64,000 nt of DNA from Carcharhinus longimanus (Eukaryota), in contig JASCQW010000137.1 in assembly GCA_030264375.1 (NCBI GenBank), positions 26,966,358-27,030,357 on the forward strand, in the 5' to 3' direction. A program made the position numbers and the translations under genes. Below the pieces are notes generated by a model. That model was not told the origin of the DNA. It saw only the letters and a list, made by a program, of their open reading frames with translations, and made no database searches. Position 1 is the first letter of the stretch, and each line of letters opens with the position of its first letter. Positions 38,421 through 49,467 of the stretch are shown here, one piece after another.

Positions 38421-39136
38421 CTACCATAGAATTATCGTTTATTCCCAAAATGGGACAACTGTGATGGAATTTGCAATTTCAACCTTTTTTTTGAGACAGG
38501 TCCTAACTGAAAAGGGAAACAGGATACAGAGCCATCAGAGCTCAGGTGATGATTCCAGTGGTGCAGTACAGGCAGGCTGAAGAAGACAGAGGGTAGGTTT
38601 AGAAGCTGAGAAAAGGTAAATATACAGTTGCAGTGGCTGTTTCTGTTCTTGAAGTAAATATTAGTGGATCTATGTCATTCCAGACTGTCGTAAGCAGCAT
38701 TGAGGAAGTTCTGCAAATGTGTGTCATTTTTGTTGTGCACTGGAGATTAGGCTAAATTCTAGAGAAAGAGGAATTGAAACTCTGAGGATGGCAGAGGAAC
38801 TTTGTGACTGAGTTTACATAAATGTTGCATGGATTCAGAGCCAATTCAGAAGATCTGTTTTAGGCATATCTGCCATTACTGTGTAATTTATACTTGACCA
38901 CAATTTGCTTGTTAATTCAAGTTTAACACACACTGACTCTGGATTTGAAATTTACAGATCTTGACCCAAAATGTTACAAATTCAGTAGGCTAATCTGAGG
39001 ATTTCATCTGGTTGACACCATACATAGAAACAAACAACACAATTTTTAAAACTTTACATTTTAGTACATGGAAGCTGAACTCTACAGATACAGAATTTTG
39101 TAATGTTCAAATGTATTCCTGTATATTTCTAACCTA

Positions 39137-39399
39137 GTAAAAAGTCTGACAACACCAGGTTTTAGTCCAACCGATTTATTTTATAGTAAACTCACAAGCT
39201 TTCGNNNNNNNNNNNNNNNNNNNNNNNNNNNNNNNNNNNNNNNNNNNNNNNNNNNNNNNNNNNNNNNNNNNNNNNNNNNNNNNNNNNNNNNNNNNNNNNN
39301 NNNNAGTTTACTATCAAATAAATCGGTTGGACTAAAACCTGGTGTTGTCAGACTTTTTACTGTGTTTACCCCAGTCCAATGTCGGCACATCCACATCAT
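39137..39399 (-). mobile_element. Hairpin (inverted-repeat) Penelope-type short element with 13-bp target-site duplication
   Basis: Arms 39137-39193 and 39304-39361 are near-perfect reverse complements around an N gap; TATTTCTAACCTA flanks both sides (39124-39136, 39400-39412). Confidence 0.75.
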
Positions 39400-40074
39400 T
39401 ATTTCTAACCTATGCACTGAATACACCACCTAGTGGGAGAATTTGGTAACTGGAATTCTACCAGAGTGAAATAGAGCAACAAACATTATTTGCTACCCAT
39501 TGATTTTAATATTTTCATCTTTAAGTTGTGCAATCAGAAAATAATTAATTTTTAACTTTTAATAATAGAAATTAGGGTTCATGGGGACTGTAGGTGCATC
39601 AAAATGATTATAAAAAGGTGCTATGAAACAAAACACAATGAGAATTTTATCGTGCATCATTCGCACATCATGCTGGTTCTGTGCCTCCTGGCCTCCTCCA
39701 GGTATTTGGGAAATCCTCTGAGGCAAAATAAAAGGGTTCACCGCCCCACCCCATCGCATCTTCTTCTTTTCAACTCAAGCCAAATAAGAGCAGCCCAGCA
39801 CCAGCATCTACACAACGAGATCATGTTTCCACAAAATTATTCCACAGTTTTCCTCAGCGTAAAATAGTCTTGGATACAGCATCAACATTAGAATGGAGAT
39901 TATGCAGCATGGTAACACAATGAGGCATTGAGATCAACTCAGGAAGTTGTTTTGATGCTGTAATTCCTGCCTCCGTTTATGGGACCTTGCATATTGCAGG
40001 AGTGTATATTTACATGCATTTAATTTTACATGCCTTTAGACCTAACTTCATCACAGCATCTGAGATGAAAGGAA

Positions 40075-40427
40075 TATAAAATACTTGCATTTATAAATTG
40101 CCTTTCATAACCATGGAACATACCAAAGCACTTTACAACCAACGAAGTGGTAGTTGCTGTGTAACATAGGAAGCATGGCTGTGTACAGCACAGTCCCACA
40201 AACAGCAATGTGAAAACGACCAGAAAAATCTGTTTTTAATGATGTTGTGGGATACATATTTGCCAAGGTACCTGGGTCTCCACTGTTCTGCTTTCACAAA
40301 GTGTCACGTGTTTGAGCCTTTCAGTTGCAGCCCAGTAACGGGAACACACTTCTTCATAAACTTGCTTTATTTTGCTGAATCAACTCAGCATACACATAAC
40401 CAAACACTCAGTGCCACCTGTAACCTC

Positions 40428-40458
<31 letters not shown>

Positions 40459-40700
40459 CCCAGTGACTTCTATTAAATGATTAACATCCAATTTAGGATT
40501 TAAGTGGAAGGTAACAACCCAGTCCTAATACCATTGCGACTTTTGGATCCACCTGAGAGGGACAACAGCGCCTCTGTTTAATATCTCAACATGACACCTC
40601 TGACTGCAGCGATCCCTCAGTATTGTACTCGGAACCACCCACAACTGCACTGAATTTTCCACTTGGACAAAATGCTCAAGTCTCTGGAATGACTGTTGAA
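40075..40700 (-). mobile_element. Deu-domain SINE (SacSINE1-like) split by a ~200-bp insert containing (TA)n
   Basis: 3' tail ACTTGCATTTATA at ~40083; core resumes at ~40525 (GGATCCACCTGAGAGGG...CCCTCAGTATTG). Confidence 0.65.
40432..40458. repeat. (TA)n microsatellite
   Basis: About 13 TA units. Confidence 0.95.
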
Positions 40701-41094
40701 CTGAATGAGAATTTTCTTCATTTAATACAGCCACATTCTGCAGTTTCATTTGATTCGCCATAGAATAGTAACCGTATTGAACTACAGCTTCCAATTGGGG
40801 TACTTTTAAAACTGAGGCACATTGATGGTATTGGCCTTGGTTTCGCAAGGAGCCTTGTCAATGAACTGGCAGCTTCCATTTTGTTAATCTGCTGAAACTG
40901 GCCGCAATTTCAACATTTTGAGGACATGCAGAATAGTATGGAAAGCCTGAAATTGTAGTCTTCATCTCGTCACCCCTCTATAGGCTGTACTGTGGTGGAG
41001 GACCCTCATTAGCACCGTCCCACCTCTCCTCATTGCACCCCTCCCCTCCCCTCGAAGTCACCACACGGAATAGTCTAAAAAAGAGTTATTTTGA

Positions 41095-41330
41095 GGCTCT
41101 GACAAAGAGTCATCTGGACTCGAAGCTTTTTTCTCCTTACAGTTGTTGCCAGACTTGCTGAGATTTTCCAGCATTTCCTCTTTTGGTTCCAGATTCCCAC
41201 ATCCGCTATAATTTACTTTTATCCAGTAAAAAAGAGTCCTATTGGACGCAAACGTTGACTTTGTTTTATTCCTCCTGTATAGCTGTCAAACCTGCTGAGT
41301 TTTTCCAGCATTATCTGTTTTTATTTATTC
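41095..41330 (+). mobile_element. Two tandem Penelope-type terminal repeats
   Basis: ...TTGCCAGACTTGCTGAGATTTTCCAGCATTT... occurs twice; same family as 42012-42190, 42660-42790, 49340-49467 and 54278-54475. Confidence 0.65.
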
Positions 41331-41747
41331 TTGAAATCAGTTGATGTTGGGAGAACTTCACTGCTGTTAAAAATCACATAAAAATTACACTTTGCTCAAC
41401 TGAGATTTTACCCACGATCTGAGTGGTAACCGCTGTTGAGCAACAGAACTGGTCCCTGAAGAGTAATTTTTGTGTTGTTCAATGTTCCTGTTAAGATTAA
41501 TTATTAAATTTCTTTATGTTTCAAATATAACTTTAAAGCTGCTTGCGATGTTTTATCTTCCATCTTTACCTCATGCACAATCTTTATTTTGCTGTGTGCT
41601 ACATTTTCTAAGAAGTGATTTGGTGCTTTCCATTTGCTTGGTTGGCTGTGAGAATTTTTATGTGATTGGCTGCTTAGAGTGCTTGATGCTAATGTGCAAC
41701 CCCATGTTGGGAATACCTATGAAAGAACACTGCAACTCAGTCAATTG

Positions 41748-41935
41748 TGATGTGGATATGCCGGCGTTGGACTGGGGTAAACACAGTAAAAAGTCTGACA
41801 ACACCAGGTTTTAGTCCAACCGATNNNNNNNNNNNNNNNNNNNNNNNNNNNNNNNNNNNNNNNNNNNNNNNNNNNNNNNNNNNNNNNNNNNNNNNNNNNN
41901 NNNNNNNNNNNNNNNNNNNNNNNNAGACTTTTTAC
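41748..41935 (+). mobile_element. Second copy of the hairpin Penelope-type short element
   Basis: Nearly identical to the 39137-39399 copy in opposite orientation; flanks ACTCAGTCAATTG / ACTCAGTAATTG. Confidence 0.75.
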
Positions 41936-42011
41936 TCAGTAATTGGTCAGAGGAGGTAAAGTCCTCACCACAGGTTGTTGCCTCTCGTGATTCGTCATCT
42001 TTACGTCAATC

Positions 42012-42190
42012 TAAAAGCAAATTACTGTGGATGCTGGAATTTGAAACAAAAACAGAAAATTCTGGAAAATCTCAGCAGGTCTGACAGCATCTGTGGAGAG
42101 AGAATAGAGCCAACGATTGGAGTCTGGATGATTCTTCATCAGGGTTCATGACAGGTCATCCAGACCCAAAACATTAGCTCAATTCTCTCT
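42012..42190. mobile_element. Penelope-type terminal repeat with a short inverted second arm
   Basis: AAAGCAAATTACTGTGGATGCTGGAA...GAGAGAGAATAGAGCCAACG followed by an inverted partial copy. Confidence 0.65.
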
Positions 42191-42659
42191 TTACCTGTGC
42201 TTCATTGTTGACCTAAAATCCAGACCTTTTATGGCTTGCCCCTGTCACTGGCTGTAGCTGGTGTAGTTTGTAAACTACAATGCAGATATACCACCTTAAA
42301 TACAGCTCCTTTATTATCTTACAAATCATAGATTATCTTACAATGAATAGAATTAAAAACATGGTTCACTGAGATAGAACTCCATACAACTTTATACAAC
42401 TAGTTGGTTTGAAACTATTACACTATGTGGCACAGGCAGGGCACCAAATTCTATAATGTCCAAAAAGCTGGAATAAATAATTTCTACAACAGTCCTGTGG
42501 TGGTTTGGCACTCTATTAATCTGGATTTGATAGATATTTCCCTCATACCTTAAAGATATCTCTGATTACCAACTTTGGCTGGAGGTATTAATAATTCCTG
42601 GATCAGTTTTATTCAACAACTGCTTGCCTCCAACTTCCCTTCCCAGTCTTTTCTCTTAT

Positions 42660-42790
42660 CAGATGAAAGGTCATCCAGACTTGAAATATTGGCTGTATTT
42701 TCTCTTCACAGATGCTGTCAGACCTGCTGAAATTTTCCAGCACTTTGTTTTTGTTTCTGATTCCAGCATCCAAAGTATTTTGCTTTTTTC
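42660..42790 (+). mobile_element. Penelope-type terminal repeat
   Basis: Reverse complement of the 42012-42140 repeat. Confidence 0.65.
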
Positions 42791-43079
42791 TTTTATTCTG
42801 TTCTGCAACATTTTTATAACTAATAAACCCCCCACCTCAAAAACATCCTTTGTTTCTCTGATTTCTTTTATTTCTCAGATACTCATTAGAGTGGCCAAAA
42901 TAAATTAACATTAATTGCTCAGGACTCCAGTGCAATCCAGGATTGTTGGTAACATTTGAAGGACATCATGCTTTAGGAAGCAAAGGAATGGCTGATACTT
43001 TAAAAACTTTTTAAATTGGGGTTATTCACATGTAATGTCTATGTTTATAAATTTGAGTTATTCAGATGTAATTTTTTTT

Positions 43080-43365
43080 GAAAGTTTATTTATTATTGTC
43101 ACCAGTTGGTTTATGTTAATACTGCCATGAAGCTACTGTGAAAATCCCCTAGTTGCCACATTGCAGCGCCTGTTTGGGTACACTGAGGGAGAATTTAGCA
43201 TGGCCAATGCACCTAACCGGCAGTCTTTTGGACTGTGGGAGAAAACTGGAGTACCTGGAGGAAACCCACTCAGACACGGGTAGAATGTGGGAATTGAACC
43301 TGGTTCCCTGGTGTTGTGGGGCAGCAGTACTAACCATTGTGCCAACCACTGTGCCACCATGCCAT
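43080..43365 (-). mobile_element. HE1-head SINE with the alternative tail
   Basis: AAAGTTTATTTATTA tail; CTGTGAAAATCCCCTAG; tRNA head at the right end. Confidence 0.85.
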
Positions 43366-43454
43366 AATGTCTCTGTTTATAAATGGGGGTTATTCAGGTG
43401 TAGTTTAATGTCTATGTTTGTAAATTGGAGTTATGATGTGTATTGTTAGTAAGC

Positions 43455-43790
43455 CAGCAGGACTACACTGGGCTTCACAGCCCCTCTCTGCAGCTGCGAT
43501 ACAAACACCTCTTGTTGTTCCTGTCAGACCGGAACCAATGTCCGGGAAAGTTGTTGCACTCCATACCGAAATGAGAGCCGGACAGACAACAGGAAGTGGA
43601 GAGCAGTAGCAGAGCGATGGCCCGGGAGCCCTGGTGAGGCTGGAGGGGCTTCGGAGGGGAAATAGGGCTGGGGGAGGTTGGAGCCGCTTTTATATCGGGC
43701 TCGGATTCACCTTGGCCGCAATTGAAGCAGTTCAAACCCCGCTATAGAGAATAACCGGGGTCAGTGTAATAGGCCTGTGGGTACACACCC
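43455..43790 (+). promoter_or_regulatory. STX8 promoter / small CpG island
   Basis: Local CpG enrichment around exon 1; ETS-like ACAGGAAGTG (43589-43598), CCAAT and GACTACA motifs. Confidence 0.75.
43617..43633 (+). CDS. STX8: STX8 (syntaxin-8) coding exon 1, MAREP(W)
   Basis: GCGATGG Kozak context; 17 coding nt then CTG|GTGAGG donor; splices in frame to 55512 to give MAREPWLMKYDSTCQLAQE, similar to recalled human MAPDPWFSTYDSTCQIAQE. Confidence 0.88.
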
Positions 43791-43801
43791 GTACAGATTT
43801 T

Positions 43802-44130
43802 GTATCTTTTATAAGGGATATTTACAGTACAGGATATGTGTGACATCCTTTATAAGGGATATTTGCAGTGTAGGGTGTGTAATATCCTTTATAAGGGATA
43901 TTTGCAGTGCAGTCTGATATCCTTTATAAGGGACATATACAATGCAGTCTATCCTTTATAAGGGATGTTTACAGTGTCGGGTGTATGATACCCTTTGTAA
44001 GGGATATTTACACTGCAGAATGTGTGAAATATTCATTTTAAGACATTAACAGTGTAGGGGTATGTGATATCCTTTATAAATGATCTGCAAGGTGCTATGT
44101 TAAAACAGATCCTTTGCAAGGGATGTATGC
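43802..44130. repeat. Minisatellite, ~9 units of about 32-42 bp with palindromic core TATCCTTTATAAGGGATA
   Basis: Core recurs at ~43803, 43845, 43883, 43918, 43950, 43989, 44030, 44068 and 44109. Confidence 0.9.
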
Positions 44131-46304
44131 AGTGTGTGTCACCCTACGTTGGCTCTGGGTTAAGCATTGCATTGATTTTAAAAGTTTCCTCCTTTTCAAA
44201 TCCTTTCTTGACCTCATCGCTTTATATTGTTGTAACCACCACCCAGCTTCCAATTCTGGCCACTTGCATATGTCCAATTTCAATCGCGTCCCACATTCGC
44301 CTCCTTTGCCCGCACCCCCGCCCCACTGCTTTGCCTTCAGCAGCCTACATATAAACTCTGCAATTCCCCCTCTAAATGTCTCCTCCTTTGTACTGCACTT
44401 CAATTTGATTGCCCATTTTATCCCCTTATGTGCTTATATGTCAAATTTTATTTTGATAATACTCCTGTGACGTGTCTTAGCATGTTGCTTCATTAAAGGT
44501 GCTACATATATGCAAATCCACAGGGTATTTTTATGATGTACGTGCGGTTGTTGTGTTGTTGCACTGTTGTTGCACTTAGCCATGTGTATAGTTTATGACG
44601 CCATTGGCTACTTCGTGGGCTTTGCTTTAGGGTAGATTAAGCCTTTATAGAGTTAACAGCTATTCAATAAATCTATTTGGTTGTTTGCATCCAAACCCAC
44701 ATGTTTCTACTGTACATTCTTTCGTCCTATAAGTGCAGGATTAAAAGAATACTGGTGATGAGGAGCGAATTAAATTCTTTTTGATCAAAAAAGGAAGGGA
44801 AATCGCAGTTCCACTTACCAACTGAAATTTGGACACTTTCGATGTTGGGGCAGCATCAATAGTGGGGCAGCATCAATAGCAGGTCAGCTGATTGTACCTN
44901 NNNNNNNNNNNNNNATGTTGTTGGGCAGAAAAAGAGAGAGGTCCATACCAGAAATTAAAACGGGCAGCCCAAGGGGTTCAGGCAGCAGAGTTCACTATGT
45001 GCACAGTTAGATTGAGGTGCAGAGATAGAGTAAGAAATTTTGTGTATTACATTAAATCAAAGAAAAGCTGTGGCAATTGGCTTATATTACAATTTATAAA
45101 ATAAACTAGACCATCAAAATTGAGGGAAGCTTCAGAAGAAAAGTGTTGCTGAGCAGTTCCCAATGTCACTGTAAAATGGCAGGACAATTTGGCACCATTG
45201 ACTCGTTCGAGGAAGAATCTAAAAATTGGAAATTCTAAGACTATGTTCTAGCAAATAAAATTCCAAAGCACCATTGGCAGTAAACTTTATAATGTACTCA
45301 AGTCTGATACAGCCCAAGAAACTTGGTAACAAAAGATATAAATAATTAACTAAGATACTTGAGGACCATTTCTCACCAAACCATTAATTGTTGCAGAGCA
45401 TTTTAGGTTCCGTATGAGGAATCAGCGAGAAGGAGAACATATTTGTTGCAACCCTGAAGTGCCATACGGAGCATTGTTAATTTGGTGACTCTCTGGATGA
45501 CACTATTCAAGACCATCTCATTTGTAGGCTGAGGAATGAAGCTATACAGTAGAGATTAATAACTAAATGAAATTTAAGTCTAAAGACTGCCTGAGAGAGA
45601 GCCATGTCGATGGAGCTTGCTACAAAGAAGGTTTCTCAGCCCGGAGCAGACATGATGTTCCATAAAATGGCTTCCCCCAAATTCACCTTGAACTGCTTTC
45701 AGTTCAAGGTGAATCACATCGGTTTTGGGTAATTCCAAACTTCAATGGACAGCCTGTATGAATGGAGGTCAACACAGGCTCTACCGACTCCCTAATTCCT
45801 GAGGCCAACTATAAGCAAACATTGAATTACTTACCATTAAAGCCAGCAGATGTTATCTTGAGGACCTACTTCAAGGAAATAGTGCCTTTAAGAGCTCATG
45901 TCATCATAACAATAGAGTTGTGGGCAAATGGTAGAGCTGCCACGCTGTTGTTCAAGGATGTTTTCCAGCTCTCTTTGGCTTTTCTTAGCTAGAGAAGATA
46001 AAATTGAACTGGAGTGCTGTGAACAGGTTAGTTGATTCTAAAACAGATCTACGTAATATCTTGGAGAAATACATCAGTGTATTTGAGGAGACCCAAGGTC
46101 TCACGAAAGGAGTGTAGGTGGCACATAAGATCAAACAGAACAGCCAGCCTAAGAATCTGAAGGTAAGAACAGTACCCTACACCATATGTCCAAAGGTAAA
46201 ATCTGAATCAATGAGACTTGTGGATACAGCAGCCTTAGAACTCATCACCACTGGGCCATCCCTTTTGTGCCTGTAATGAATCAGGACAGGACTATTGGAC
46301 ACTG

Positions 46305-47490
46305 TGGGCAGCATAGTGGTTAGCACTGCTGACTGTCAGTGCCAGAGACCCCGGTTCGATGCCTGGTTTGGGTTACTGTTTGTGTGAAGTTTGCACGTTC
46401 TCCCTGTGCCTGCCTGGTTTCCTCCCACAGTCCAAAGATGTGCTGGGTAGGTGGATTGGCCATGCTAAATTCGTTGACATTAAGAAAGAGGATGTGTTGG
46501 AGCTTTTGAAAAGCATCAAGTTAGATAAGTCGCCGGGACCGGTTGGGATGTACCCCAGGTTATTGTGGGAGGCGAGGGAAGAGATTGCCAAAGAGCCTCT
46601 GGTGATGATCCTTGCATCATCAATGGAGATGGGAGAGCTTCTGGAGGATTGGAGGAGTGCAGNNNNNNNNNNNNNNNNNNNNNNNNNNNNNNNNNNNNNN
46701 NNNNNNNNNNNNNNNNNNNNNNNNNNNNNNNNNNNNNNNNNNNNNNNNNNNNNNNNNNNNNNNNNNNNNNNNNNNNNNNNNNNNNNNNNNNNNNNNNNNN
46801 NNNNNNNNNNNNNNNNNNNNNNNNNNNNNNNNNNNNNNNNNNNNNNNNNNNNNNNNNNNNNNNNNNNNNNNNNNNNNNNNNNNNNNNNNNNNNNNNNNNN
46901 NNNNNNNNNNNNNNNNNNNNNNNNNNNNNNNNNNNNNNNNNNNNNNNNNNNNNNNNNNNNNNNNNNNNNNNNNNNNNNNNNNNNNNNNNNNNNNNNNNNN
47001 NNNNNNNNNNNNNNNNNNNNNNNNNNNNNNNNNNNNNNNNNNNNNNNNNNNNNNNNNNNNNNNNNNNNNNNNNNNNNNNNNNNNNNNNNNNNNNNNNNNN
47101 NNNNNNNNNNNNNNNNNNNNNNNNNNNNNNNNNNNNNNNNNNNNNNNNNNNNNNNNNNNNNNNNNNNNNNNNNNNNNNNNNNNNNNNNNNNNNNNNNNNN
47201 NNNNNNNNNNNNNNNNNNNNNNNNNNNNNNNNNNNNNNNNNNNNNNNNNNNNNNNNGATAGAGGGTTATAGGTAAGCCTAGTAGGTAGGGACATGTTTGG
47301 TGCAACTTGTGGGCTGAAGGGCCTGTTTGTGCTCTAGTTTTTCTATGTTCTATGTTCTAAATTGTCCCTTAGTGTCAGGGGGTCTAGCGAGGGTGAATGC
47401 ATGGGGTTACTGAGATAGGACCTGGGTGGGATTGTGGTCGGTGCAGATTCGGTGGGTCGAATGGCCTCCTTCTGCACTCTAGGATTCTAT
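46305..47490 (+). mobile_element. HE1 SINE split by a 5'-truncated CR1 LINE (46471-47356, partly N gap)
   Basis: SINE breaks at CATGCTAAATT and resumes at CTAAATTGTCCCTT; insert encodes IKLDKSPGPVGMYPRLLWEAREEIA and ends in a TATGTTC tail. Confidence 0.85.
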
Positions 47491-48439
47491 ATATTTGTGC
47501 AGATTTCAAACAACAATCAATCCAGTTCTGTACAGGGATCGATACCCCCTACCTTTGATTGAGGCTTTGTTTGCCAGCCCAGTAGGAGGACAGAATTTCA
47601 GCAAAACCAACTTATCACAGGTCTCCCAGCAAATGAACGTTGCTGCTGAACCTCAACACCTCCCCATTATAACACATAAAGGCTTATTTCATCACAAGAG
47701 ATTATCTTTTGGAATAACTTCAACACCCGCTTTATTGCAACGGTTCATGAACCAGATCCTGAGTGGTCCACAGGTGGTATGATGTTATCTTGATGACAAA
47801 TTGATCATTGATACACCAATGAGCAGTAATACCTATGCAATCTAAAAGCCACATTGAAATGCCTTTAAATGCATGGTCTTTGTGTCAGGAAAAATAGTGT
47901 GACTTCTTTCAAATGTCAATACAATATTTAGGCCATGTGATTGATAGCAAGGGTTTAACAAAGGCACCTAAGAAGGTGAAAGATATCATGGAGGCTCCAT
48001 GACCAATGAATGTAATACACTAAAGACCATTCCTAGAGTTAGTTAATTATTATGGCAAATTTATTTCGAGTCTAGCAACCCTACTTAAACAATTGCTTAA
48101 TTTGTGCATAAAACAAGCATNNNNNNNNNNNNNNNNNNNNNNNNNNNNNNNNNNNNNNNNNNNNNNNNNNNNNNNNNNNNNNNNNNNNNNNNNNNNNNNN
48201 NNNNNNNNNNNNNNNNNNNNATCACTTGCAGTATAGCAGAACCCGTGAATCAGCTTAAATGAAGAAAGGTGAGCGGGGCTCATGTGGGGCACAAACAATG
48301 ACATGGGCAGGTTGGGCTGAAGGCCTGTTTCTGTGCTGTGTGCTTTACATAACTCTGTCGTTTGTGTAACATCACAAACTAACCTAGGGAGCTTGAAGAA
48401 TTGAACAGAATTTTATTGATGGAACTTTAACTGGTGGTT

Positions 48440-48945
48440 ATAGAGTCATAGAGGTTTACAGCATGGAAACAGGCCCTTCGGCCCAACTTGTCCATGCCAT
48501 CCTTTTTTTTAAACCCCGAAGCTAATCCCAATTGCCTGCATTTGGCCCATATCCCTCTGTACCCATCTCAACCATGTAACTGCCTAAATGCTTTTTAAAA
48601 GACAAAATTGTACCTGCCTCTGGCAACTTGTTCCAGACACTCACCACCCTCTGTGTGAAAAAGTTGCCCCTCTGGACACTTCTGTATTTCTCCCCTCTCA
48701 CCTTAAACCTATGCCTGCTAGTTTTAGACTCCCCTGCATTTGGGAAAAGATATTGACTATCTCGCTGATCTGTTCCTCTCATTATTTTACAGACCTCTAT
48801 AAGATCACCCCTCAGCCTCCTATGCTCCAGAGAGAAAAGTCCCAGTCTATCCAGCCTCTCCTTATAACACAAACCATCAAGTCATGGTGGCATCCGAGTA
48901 AATCTTTTCTGCACTCTTTCTAGTTTAATAATATCCTTTCTATAA
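48440..48945 (-). mobile_element. Young CR1-type LINE 3' end
   Basis: YKERLDRLGLFSLEHRRLRGDLIEV...FFTQRVVSVWNKLP. Confidence 0.9.
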
Positions 48946-49339
48946 GGTGTCGGTTAAAGAATCCTTGAACTAATTAGAAGTGTTGGTACATTTCAACCCA
49001 AAGTTATCACTATCACTTGCTTGTGACCACAACAGCTATTTTTGGGCTGTGTAAAGGCATTCCATTGCTAGTATCCGCGCCTTCCTATGAGCTAACATAC
49101 TGTCAGTGAGACAGTTGTGCCAATGCTGGTGCATTTCACAATTGCCTTTGCCGTTAGTCATGAGCCACCCAGTAGTTTTTCTCGGAATCTTCTATTTTTC
49201 ACTGATAGAACATTCCCAGTGACTGCAGTTCAGGTCCCAATGATCCCATGATGGGGAAGGTACTGGAGATGATGTTAAAAGGGAGAAACAGTGGGAACAC
49301 ATCCTGAATTAAAGCCTTATGTTTCCAAGGGAAAAAAAA

Positions 49340-49467
49340 GCACATTACTATGGATGCTGGAAGCTGAAACAAAAACAAAAAATGCTAGAAAATCTCAATA
49401 GGTCTGACAGCATCTGTGGAGAGAGAATAGAGCCAACGTTTCAAATCTGGTTGACTCTACGTCAGAG
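49340..49467 (-). mobile_element. Penelope-type terminal repeat nested in Gypsy pol
   Basis: Same repeat family as 42012-42140. Confidence 0.65.

Noticed and set aside
38510-38592. Plus-strand exon-like segment with acceptor and donor
   Set aside because: The short frame hits a stop, has no recognisable homology and abuts a Gypsy remnant.
39559-40950. Possible minus-strand gene between MFSD11 and STX8 (ORF 40525-40848; acceptor-like TTCCTTTCATCTCAG near 40060)
   Set aside because: No recognisable protein. The ORF ends inside a Deu-SINE and the pyrimidine tract coincides with the SINE tail. A lncRNA cannot be excluded.
43802-44130. CRISPR-like array (palindromic repeat with variable spacers)
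   Set aside because: Spacers are homologous to one another (TTTRCAGTGYAGG...), repeats are degenerate, no cas genes are present and the host is a vertebrate; it is a minisatellite.
46359-47305. Long 200-300 aa ORFs in the track (also 52021-52837)
   Set aside because: They run through N gaps (X residues); the readable parts are SINE/CR1 sequence.
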